This document shows positions 9,712 to 17,887 of a stretch of 51,041 bases of DNA, piece by piece. A program made the position numbers and the translations under genes. Within the stretch, counting starts at the first letter, position 1; every line of letters starts with the position of its first letter. The stretch lies in the NCBI GenBank assembly GCA_037131125.1, contig JBAXRR010000001.1, positions 73,345 through 124,385 on the forward strand, in the 5' to 3' direction. The notes beneath the pieces are model-generated. The model was not told the DNA's origin and ran no database searches. It saw nothing but the letters and a program-made list of their open reading frames with translations. This DNA comes from a bacterium. Lineage in GTDB: Bacteria > Patescibacteriota > Dojkabacteria > GCA-016699595 > JBAXKR01.

Positions 9712-10344
9712 CTATCCATCTATTTGTCCTTCACTTGTAATGACCTCTAAAAAGAAAAATTTTCCATCTTTCATAGATATTTTAGTAATTGATCCTGTTG
9801 GTGTTTCAGGTGTTTGTAGTTTTCTCCATCCAATATTTAGATCTACTCCCATAATGTTAGCTAGGAACATTTTAATTACACCAGAGTGAGTTACAACTAT
9901 AATGTCTTTTGTATCGGATTCGAAGGCTAGTTTCTTAATAGCTTCTATACTTCTATCTAGAAATCTTTGACCACTTTCTCCATTTGGAGGACTAAACATT
10001 AAGCTACTTTTTACCCATTCCTGGTAATCCACAGGAAAGTTACTTTTAAACTGCTCCTCTGACATTCCATCTACATCTCCAAAGAACATTTCAGATAAAT
10101 TAGGGATTGGAATAAGTGGTAATTCTAGTTTAGTTGAGATGAGTCCAGCAGATTGGAATGCTCTTTGAACTGGAGATGTGTATATACACCTTGCATCTAG
10201 ATCCATATCTCGAAGTAATGAACCTGCTTCCATTGCTTCAAGTCTTCCATCTCGATTAAGTTTATATAGAGATCTAGCTCCAATCCAAAGCTTCTCTTTG
10301 TTAGCATCTGTTTGACCGTGACGAACAAGATAAATAGTTTTCAT
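9712..10344 (-). CDS. Histidine phosphatase family protein (phosphoglycerate mutase-like)
   Basis: 210 aa. N-terminal RHG motif (LVRHGQTDAN) and a second catalytic His context (VVTHSGVIK). Confidence 0.85.
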   Translation of the reverse strand: MKTIYLVRHGQTDANKEKLWIGARSLYKLNRDGRLEAMEAGSLLRDMDLDARCIYTSPVQRAFQSAGLISTKLELPLIPIPNLSEMFFGDVDGMSEEQFKSNFPVDYQEWVKSSLMFSPPNGESGQRFLDRSIEAIKKLAFESDTKDIIVVTHSGVIKMFLANIMGVDLNIGWRKLQTPETPTGSITKISMKDGKFFFLEVITSEGQIDG

Positions 10345-10402
10345 AAATGTTTCAAAATTAATGTATATTAAAACCTCACATTTCTAATATACTTTGAATT
10401 AT

Positions 10403-13400
10403 TTATGGAGTAAATGAATTTGTAGTATTTTTATCCACTCTTACAAAATATGCTTTTTGAGGATCAATATAAAAGTCAGCACCATAATCAATAGTTTTTC
10501 CTGAAGTATCTTTATCTGTTATTGCATTAGTGTATCTTCCACTATCCCACTTCGTAACTATCTTAGTTCCTAGGTTATTGTTATTCATAGACTTAATTAA
10601 ATTAAATGCCGTGTATCCAAGAACATTATCTGAAGTGTTGCCTGTTAGTTTGCTATCTACTGTAGATTTTCCTTCTGGAGTATTGTATATAAATTTTGAA
10701 GGATTAAAATTCCACTCTCCACTTTGAGCTTTTATGAATCCTGGGTTAATACCAATTAAGTTCCAACCGTTGTTAATTACAACTTGAGAAGGTGTCTCTG
10801 AAGGAGTTCCATTAAATTCAAAATTAATTCCTTTTTGTACTTTTATAAAATATCCTTTGCCTGGTTCTATCTTAAAGTCTTGATCTGAAAACACTTCCTC
10901 ACCTCTTATCTTGTATGTTTGCCACCTACCGTCTGTGTATGTTGAAATGTCAGTTGCATAACCACCTTGTTTCGCAAAGTCAGATAAAAGAGTTGATGCA
11001 GTATATTTATCGCCAGGATTTAGAACTGGATTAAAAGTTTGCCAACCTTGTTGCAGGTTATAGTAAGCCTGTTTTGAATCAAATATTTGTTGAAAGCTAT
11101 AGTTTGCTAGATCAATCTTTTTTTTCTCTGGATTTTGAAAAATTACTTTTAGATTTTTAGCCAAAGAGTAGTCCAGAGTTATGCCGGATTCACTGAAATC
11201 AATTATTTGTCCATTAATAGGGTTAAATAATTTTACACTTCCACTTTGTTGTTCAAAAATTGGAGATGTTTGAGGTATCAACGTAACTTTCAAGTTCTCT
11301 GAATCTGGGCAAGTACTTATTGATACATTTTTATCTTCAGAAGTTGATGCGTAACAAGGTGACAACTTAAGATTTCCTTCAAGATCACTTGTAATAATAT
11401 TAGGCTCATTAGTTAATTTTATCAGTTTATCACTGTTATTTCCTGAATTCGAAGTTTGAGTTCCCTTTACTACTGGTGCATTCATAGCCTCAATTACCAT
11501 TTGTGCTGCACGGTTAGTATCCTTATCAATTAAACTCAGAAATTCGTGAATTGAACCTACTGGGTCAGTGGCCATTCTACCTATTTGAAAACTTGCCTCT
11601 TTAGCCCCATAATTCTTAACCAGAAAATCTTGAATTGTCTGTAAGTTTCTTACTTGTGTTGGGTATCCTAGTGGTTCATTTAATCCTCTCCATGCAGTTC
11701 TATTTACTCCGTCAACACCAATTACCTCTGTTAAAGCTTCAGTTACATTTCGTGCAGCCTCTTTTTCAAGTGGATTAGTTATATACCTGTAATTACTCAC
11801 TTGAATTCCTTTATGACAGGCCTCATGGCAAAGTATATCAATAATTCCTTGTTCGATAGTTGCGGAAGTCCCATTTGTAAAAGCTTCTACTCTTCCCATT
11901 ACAACTGCTACTGGCCTATTGGCTGATGCCCATCCTCCTACAGCGCTATCAGCTTCAAATAGTAAAGGATTGTTGATTGTAGCCTGGAGAAAATCATTTG
12001 AGACACCTATTGGTTTAAATAATTGATCATTCATAAATTTTTGTGATACGATATCACTAGAAACGAATACAGGTTTAATTGCATTAGGATTTGTGGAAGG
12101 GTGAGTAATCCATGAAAGTGAACCATAGTAATCATTGGCAAGTGTAGCTTGCCCAGTCCTTGGATTAACTAAGCTTATTCTAATTCCTAAGCTATTAATC
12201 TCTCCTCCTGCTTTTAATACATCTTGTTGTGATTTTATTGCAGATCTCACCTGGTTTGTTACATTTGTATAATTTAAACTGCTCTGTTGTCTTCCAACCA
12301 AACGTTCAAATATTTCATTCTCAAGTCTTAAATCACTGTTAGTAATTCCTCTTGGTCTGATAATTACCATTCCTCCTGGACCAGATTGGTATGTGCCAGC
12401 CCCTGGCAAGTTAACGGTTTTCCAATTTGGATTTGTTGCTAGTGCTGTTGCTCCTTCAAGATCAGTTGATGAATTTAATATATCCTTATATGCAGTCTTT
12501 GTTTCATTCCACCATTCTTGTATCTGAGTAGTCTTAACTTTACTTAAATTTTCCAATAATGTCTTTGCTTCAGTATCACTATTGGCAAGTCCTAATTCTA
12601 CAATACTTCTTGAATTCATAAAGGTCTTCGCGCTGTTTAATTCTTCTGCTGTAAGATCTCCAGCATTTTTCCCATAAACTCTAGCAATTTCTTCTAAAAG
12701 TGCACTGGTACTTTTACTTTCAGTTGCTGAAATTGATGCTTTATTTAGTAGCGTTTTTGTTACTTCTGTAATTCCCTTTCCTGCCTCGTAGGCAGTTGTC
12801 GCAATGTCAATTACATCAAATGCACTTCCGAGGACTGCAGTTGTTCCTAATAAATTAAGACTTAATTCAGTTTGGTCTAAATTACTTTTTAATTGAAGTT
12901 CTTGTGAAAGGTCTACAGTTTCACCGTTTGGAAGTTTGGTACCGTTTCTTGCTAAGTAATAGTTTTCTACTCCATTATCTACTGAAGTACAAGAGGATCC
13001 ACCACACTCACTATTAGCAGAACAAACTTTTCCGTAGTTTGTAAGATCTAATCCGAAACTGGTTGAAGGAGCACACCTTTTAACACCAGAAAGTGCTGGT
13101 CCATTTTCTCCAACAGTAACAACTTTAACTGGTTCTGTCTTACAATTTGGATTTACTGAAGCAGCAAACCCAGAATTTGAAAATGCTGATCCAAGATCGG
13201 ACTTTGTTGGACTAGTAATGCAATCTGCGTATGAGTAAATGGAAAGCGCATAGTCAGTATTGGAACTTCCAGCACCCTGTTTGTCCATAAAGTCTTTAAA
13301 TAGTAATTTGTAAGAAAGTTCTTTTATATCTGGGGAGTTTGCTCTGATAAATGCTTCTAATTTATTTGGATCTAATCCTAAATTTGCAGCTGCATCTTTT

Positions 13401-16400
13401 ATTTTGCTTAAAACTGATTCTTTTTCAGAATCGGATAATTGAGAAATGGTGCCAATTGAGTCACTATATTGTGAAAGCAATTTTGTAAATTTATCTGAAT
13501 TTTCATAGTATTTTGAATCACTCTTTACTTTTGAACAATCAAAGGAAGAAGATAAGAAACCTCTTGCTTTTTGATTCTCACAATTATCCTTAAGTTCTTG
13601 ATCAGTTTTTGAAGCAAATTGCACTGATAATAAATTTAGAGTTCCTGCCTCAAGATATTTATCGTTAATTGTTCCAGAAGATGTATCTTCAACAATCTTT
13701 GAAGATGTTTCGTTACAACTTAACCCTGTCTGCTTTTTAAAACTAGTACAATAGTTCTGATATGCTGCTTGTTCAGCAGTATCATTTGTAAGTAACTTTG
13801 CAAGATTTCCTACTCCTAATGTTGTAGATGCTAACACGTCGGTAAGACATAGTTTTCCACCACCAGTTCCAACTGCAGATAGAGATCCACTTTTACTAGT
13901 CTGATTTTGAGCACAATCCTTGTTAAGATCTTGAAGAATAGTTTTGCAATATGCTTGGTCAGCATTGTTCAATGATTCTCCTGAGGCACATTTAAAAGCA
14001 TTGCCTTCTTTAGAGTGTTTATCCAATACGGCTTTAATTTCAGCTTGAGATCCTGCGTAGTTGGATGTAAACAAATCACTTGAACCCTCTCCATTCAATT
14101 TTCTTGCTCCTAAATAACTCCCTAAAGATTCAAAACCTGAATGATCAAATGTATCTACTTCACATTCTCCCTGACTTCCAGAATATGAACCTGATTTTAT
14201 TCTTTTTTCACAATCAGTTTTTACCGCAGTAGTTAATATTTTTTCAATTTCTTTTCCATTAGCGGATGTATTTACACCATATGCCTGCTCTAATACATCT
14301 GGAATTCCATTGTCGTTACAATCTTGAGGATTTTTAGCTTCAGGACAAGATTTTGCATAATTAGTAAACCTTCCAGATGTATATCCCCCTATTAATTTAT
14401 TCCAATCCCCTTTGCCACTATCTAGCGCAGCTTGGATATCGTCTTTGAGAGCAGTCTGTATTGTCTTTTGACACTTGTATTCATCATTTCCTCCTTTCGA
14501 AGTGGCTAATGCACAAACAAGTCCACCTTCACATTGTGATGAAGATGAGCAACCGCTATTAAGTTTTTGAAACACGTAAGATATTTTCCCGTCACAATTC
14601 TTATCTTCTGTAGGAGTATCTGTTGCACCTGGATGAACTGATGGATCACTATCGTTACAATCTACATCACTTGTATATCCATCTCCATCTTTATCTGAGA
14701 GAGCTGAGGTTCTAAATGTAAGATTACCTTCTCTATCGAGTCCAGTAACACATTTTTGATTCGCAAGAGATCCTGTAAGTCCTGCACTATCTAGATCTGA
14801 ACAATTTACATTTCCTGCAAGTTTAGATTCAGGAACTTTTGCTCCTATTTGAGTTGAACAAGAGACTTCAGTTGCACTTGAATTAGGCATGAAGCATTGG
14901 TAGCATTTTCCACCCTTTGAAAATCTATATCCCCCTCCAATAGTTATATCCGATCCACATGCGTATGATCCTGAAGATGTCATACTTGCACAAGCCTTGT
15001 CAGATATCTTCTCAGCATTTCCTGTATGTATACATTGGTAACAAGATCCTCCATTGTCGTATTGTTTTCCAAGGTCTGATAAAGAACAATTTCCTGTAGA
15101 AGAGGGATTAGAAGAAGCAAGGTCTTTTGAAGTATCTAGTTCAGTTTTGGATACTTTTGCAATAGATGCAGTAACTTTCTTAGCTCCTGCTTGTGCATCT
15201 TTTTGATCTTTAGGTGTTGGTGAATACGAAGTATTTGAACAACTTGGATCGTATTCACTTCTTTCTACTACTGAACAATCTGGTTTAACATCATACTTTT
15301 TTCTCATGTTTGCTCCAGCTACACAGTCTCCTTGTTTAGTTGTAGCTTCACATACTTTTGCATAACCAGTTGTACTTACAGGGCATTTAGAATTATCTGT
15401 AATTGTTTCAACAGATGCACTACAATCTGTCTTCTTGTGGCTCACCTTATATTTCCCCGTATATATTCCATTAGTAATTTCACATCCCATATTTACATCT
15501 TCAGTTACACAAGTATTTGTTCCGACACAAGCACCTGCTGCACATCTTTGAGAAGTACCATCACAAAACTGGAAGTTATTCCATTTTCCATTTTGACAAT
15601 TTTGAACAGTCTTTCCATCACATCTTGTTTGACCTGCCGAACAATCTGGAATTGGGGTTTCTCCAACACAACCATTTGGTGTACATGTTCCTCCTCTTCC
15701 ACAACGAGACCCTGCTACTCCACATGAATATGTAGAAGGTGCGGCAGTAGCTGGAGATGCAGTTGATGTCGCTGGAGCTGGTGCAGGATTTGTATCTACA
15801 CATTTTCCACCATCACATTTCCTTGTAGTTCCATCACATACTTCTCCATTTATCCATTTACCTCCTGAACAATTCTGCACAGTCTTACCATTACATTGAC
15901 TTCCTGAAGTACACTCTGGTGCTTGTGTTGTTGCGGCTGAACTTGCCTTTGATGTTGGTGCATTAAAATTGGCACAATTTGCTATACATTGACCTTGTGC
16001 GTTACATACTGACTTCCCATCTGATCCACATGATTCTGCGTATACCTTTTCAATTAAACCTGAACCTAATGTTTTTTGTAATGAATTTGCAAGTTGACTA
16101 AAAACAGGTTCTGAATTTGTACTATTAGAATTATCTTTTGCATAAACTGCAATTGGGAATGTTAATTGAAATATTGTAAGTAAGATTACAAAAATTGAAG
16201 CATACTTATTTATCTTCGTACTATTATCTTTAATTCTTTTCCAAATATTCTTCCAAGTTAAAATTCCATACGTAAGAATAACTAGTATAAGTATTGGAAA
16301 GAATGTAGTTTTGAATATTCTAATTTCTGGATAAGAAGAAAGATCATCAAAAGATTTAACAATGTTTGTTGTTATTGCTTCTGCATTTACACTTGCAACA

Positions 16401-17278
16401 ATACTTTCTATATTTGTAGCAATTGGATTAAGAGTAGATGTTATGGAATCTCCTAGACTAACTACTGCATTCTTATCCTCTACTTCATTCTTAAGGGATA
16501 TATCTATGACTGGGTCTGTTGCAGTATTTGTTTGTTGGTATGTTAGTTTTCCTCTATTACCTGAGTCTACTTCAAAATGTAATATTGTTCTATCTGAAGC
16601 TGAAAACACTTTCGAGTCTTCATCTCTTGAATTAGACAGATCTAGTGTATATGTCCCATTGTATGTAGTTACTGTAGATAACTGACTAGAATATTTTCCA
16701 TCATTTTCTAATGTCAGATAAACGAGAGCACCCATTTGGGGATTAATCTCATCTGCTCTCATTACCCTTCCATATATTGGAGATGGAGTTACATTATTAT
16801 CTGGAGTAATTAATGTTGTTATGTTGTCTGAACCTAACTGGTTAGTAACATCATAAATAAAGTTTCCACTTTCAATTCTAAAGTTATATTTAGTTTCAGG
16901 TTTAAGTCCAGATATATCTACACTATGTGTAAAAAGCCTTTCTCTATTAAAGTCCTGGTACCAATTCACTTGTAGATCGTCCCTTGAGTCATAGAATTTT
17001 TTAGATGTTATTCTTGAAAGTATTGGAACAAAATTAGAATTTTCAAGAACATATACAGCACCTGTTGTAGTTAAATTTTTTGTTGTCCAACTTAGTGTAA
17101 AAGACTGATCTGTAAGGTTAGTTAATCTAACATTTTCAGGATTAATAGAGGGTTCTGTTAGAAACCTTACTAAGAATATTACTAAAGCAATTAAAGGAAT
17201 TAAAAATAACGAAATGATTATTATCTTCTGAAATCGCTTATTGGTAAGTATTTGCTTAATCCTACTTAATATGGACAT
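10403..17278 (-). CDS. Giant (2,291 aa) three-pass membrane-anchored, Cys-rich envelope protein with a candidate HExxH metallopeptidase motif
   Basis: Uninterrupted ORF. N-terminal anchor IIIISLFLIPLIALVIFLV. FN3-like segment NVRLTNLTDQSFTLSWTT...LKPETKYNFRIESG. CarboxypepD_reg-like segment IYGRVMRADE...GALVYL...YNGTYTLDL. Two further hydrophobic helices end in AVYA/KD. A long Cys-rich region follows. DKDGDGYTSDVDCNDSDPSVHPGATD is a MopE-like metal-binding motif. HEACH is present. Two related C-terminal beta-type domains end in GKGYFIKVQKG and QKAYFVRVDKN. Confidence 0.9.
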   Translation of the reverse strand: MSILSRIKQILTNKRFQKIIIISLFLIPLIALVIFLVRFLTEPSINPENVRLTNLTDQSFTLSWTTKNLTTTGAVYVLENSNFVPILSRITSKKFYDSRDDLQVNWYQDFNRERLFTHSVDISGLKPETKYNFRIESGNFIYDVTNQLGSDNITTLITPDNNVTPSPIYGRVMRADEINPQMGALVYLTLENDGKYSSQLSTVTTYNGTYTLDLSNSRDEDSKVFSASDRTILHFEVDSGNRGKLTYQQTNTATDPVIDISLKNEVEDKNAVVSLGDSITSTLNPIATNIESIVASVNAEAITTNIVKSFDDLSSYPEIRIFKTTFFPILILVILTYGILTWKNIWKRIKDNSTKINKYASIFVILLTIFQLTFPIAVYAKDNSNSTNSEPVFSQLANSLQKTLGSGLIEKVYAESCGSDGKSVCNAQGQCIANCANFNAPTSKASSAATTQAPECTSGSQCNGKTVQNCSGGKWINGEVCDGTTRKCDGGKCVDTNPAPAPATSTASPATAAPSTYSCGVAGSRCGRGGTCTPNGCVGETPIPDCSAGQTRCDGKTVQNCQNGKWNNFQFCDGTSQRCAAGACVGTNTCVTEDVNMGCEITNGIYTGKYKVSHKKTDCSASVETITDNSKCPVSTTGYAKVCEATTKQGDCVAGANMRKKYDVKPDCSVVERSEYDPSCSNTSYSPTPKDQKDAQAGAKKVTASIAKVSKTELDTSKDLASSNPSSTGNCSLSDLGKQYDNGGSCYQCIHTGNAEKISDKACASMTSSGSYACGSDITIGGGYRFSKGGKCYQCFMPNSSATEVSCSTQIGAKVPESKLAGNVNCSDLDSAGLTGSLANQKCVTGLDREGNLTFRTSALSDKDGDGYTSDVDCNDSDPSVHPGATDTPTEDKNCDGKISYVFQKLNSGCSSSSQCEGGLVCALATSKGGNDEYKCQKTIQTALKDDIQAALDSGKGDWNKLIGGYTSGRFTNYAKSCPEAKNPQDCNDNGIPDVLEQAYGVNTSANGKEIEKILTTAVKTDCEKRIKSGSYSGSQGECEVDTFDHSGFESLGSYLGARKLNGEGSSDLFTSNYAGSQAEIKAVLDKHSKEGNAFKCASGESLNNADQAYCKTILQDLNKDCAQNQTSKSGSLSAVGTGGGKLCLTDVLASTTLGVGNLAKLLTNDTAEQAAYQNYCTSFKKQTGLSCNETSSKIVEDTSSGTINDKYLEAGTLNLLSVQFASKTDQELKDNCENQKARGFLSSSFDCSKVKSDSKYYENSDKFTKLLSQYSDSIGTISQLSDSEKESVLSKIKDAAANLGLDPNKLEAFIRANSPDIKELSYKLLFKDFMDKQGAGSSNTDYALSIYSYADCITSPTKSDLGSAFSNSGFAASVNPNCKTEPVKVVTVGENGPALSGVKRCAPSTSFGLDLTNYGKVCSANSECGGSSCTSVDNGVENYYLARNGTKLPNGETVDLSQELQLKSNLDQTELSLNLLGTTAVLGSAFDVIDIATTAYEAGKGITEVTKTLLNKASISATESKSTSALLEEIARVYGKNAGDLTAEELNSAKTFMNSRSIVELGLANSDTEAKTLLENLSKVKTTQIQEWWNETKTAYKDILNSSTDLEGATALATNPNWKTVNLPGAGTYQSGPGGMVIIRPRGITNSDLRLENEIFERLVGRQQSSLNYTNVTNQVRSAIKSQQDVLKAGGEINSLGIRISLVNPRTGQATLANDYYGSLSWITHPSTNPNAIKPVFVSSDIVSQKFMNDQLFKPIGVSNDFLQATINNPLLFEADSAVGGWASANRPVAVVMGRVEAFTNGTSATIEQGIIDILCHEACHKGIQVSNYRYITNPLEKEAARNVTEALTEVIGVDGVNRTAWRGLNEPLGYPTQVRNLQTIQDFLVKNYGAKEASFQIGRMATDPVGSIHEFLSLIDKDTNRAAQMVIEAMNAPVVKGTQTSNSGNNSDKLIKLTNEPNIITSDLEGNLKLSPCYASTSEDKNVSISTCPDSENLKVTLIPQTSPIFEQQSGSVKLFNPINGQIIDFSESGITLDYSLAKNLKVIFQNPEKKKIDLANYSFQQIFDSKQAYYNLQQGWQTFNPVLNPGDKYTASTLLSDFAKQGGYATDISTYTDGRWQTYKIRGEEVFSDQDFKIEPGKGYFIKVQKGINFEFNGTPSETPSQVVINNGWNLIGINPGFIKAQSGEWNFNPSKFIYNTPEGKSTVDSKLTGNTSDNVLGYTAFNLIKSMNNNNLGTKIVTKWDSGRYTNAITDKDTSGKTIDYGADFYIDPQKAYFVRVDKNTTNSFTP
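15524..15920 (-). repeat. Tandem pair of about 40-aa Cys-rich modules inside the 2,291-aa gene (protein-level repeat, diverged at DNA level)
   Basis: Copy 1 (about 15795..15920): PECTSGSQCNGKTVQNCSGGKWINGEVCDGTTRKCDGGKCV. Copy 2 (about 15524..15652): PDCSAGQTRCDGKTVQNCQNGKWNNFQFCDGTSQRCAAGACV. A Pro/Ala/Thr/Ser linker separates them. Confidence 0.7.
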
Positions 17279-17358
17279 ACCTTAATATATACTTCATAAA
17301 TATACAGACAAAAGTATATATATTTTTAAGTAACATGAACAGGAAGATTTAAGATGCT

Positions 17359-17883
17359 CTAATCTAAAGGTGTAGACCTATCTCTTTTCATTTCAATAAG
17401 TGGAATTTTCTTTCCAGTTTTTAATTCATGAAATTTATTTTCTTTGTTATTTGTAATTTCAAACCCATTTTTTTTGTAAAATTCAATTGCTTTGGTATTG
17501 TACATTGCACATTCAACATAAATATCTTCGTTATGAAAGTATTCAAATACTTTTTCCATCAGTTTTTTACCTATTCCTTGTCTTTGGTACTTTGTAAGTA
17601 TATATATTGCTCCAACTTCGTTCTTATTATTCTCAACTCTTGGCCAAGCATAGCCAACTATTTTGTCATCTACTTTTGCAATGAAGCATTTGGAAGTGTT
17701 TAGCTCAAAGTATTTACTTTGTTTCTGGATTGTCTCAGCGTTAATACTCCTATGTATTTCAATATCTTCTTTGGTAATGTCAAATTGTTCGTTTACATAT
17801 GTATCTAACCAAGCGTCCTTCCCAACTGTAAGAATATCAATAATGTTTTCTTTTTTTGCTTCGGATATTTGGACATCAAACAT
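17359..17883 (-). CDS. GNAT family N-acetyltransferase
   Basis: 174 aa. Acetyl-CoA binding motif YQRQGIGKKLMEKV and C-terminal NTKAIEFYKKNGFE, typical of GNAT. It starts 4 nt after the alaS stop. Confidence 0.85.
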   Translation of the reverse strand: MFDVQISEAKKENIIDILTVGKDAWLDTYVNEQFDITKEDIEIHRSINAETIQKQSKYFELNTSKCFIAKVDDKIVGYAWPRVENNKNEVGAIYILTKYQRQGIGKKLMEKVFEYFHNEDIYVECAMYNTKAIEFYKKNGFEITNNKENKFHELKTGKKIPLIEMKRDRSTPLD

Positions 17884-17887
17884 ACTT

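Noticed and set aside
17359-17883. GNAT as a TacT/AtaT-like aminoacyl-tRNA-acetylating toxin, because it follows alaS and argS
   Set aside because: There is no adjacent RHH/antitoxin-type small ORF. The sequence shows only generic GNAT motifs. Tight spacing to alaS is typical of this compact genome. Evidence is insufficient.
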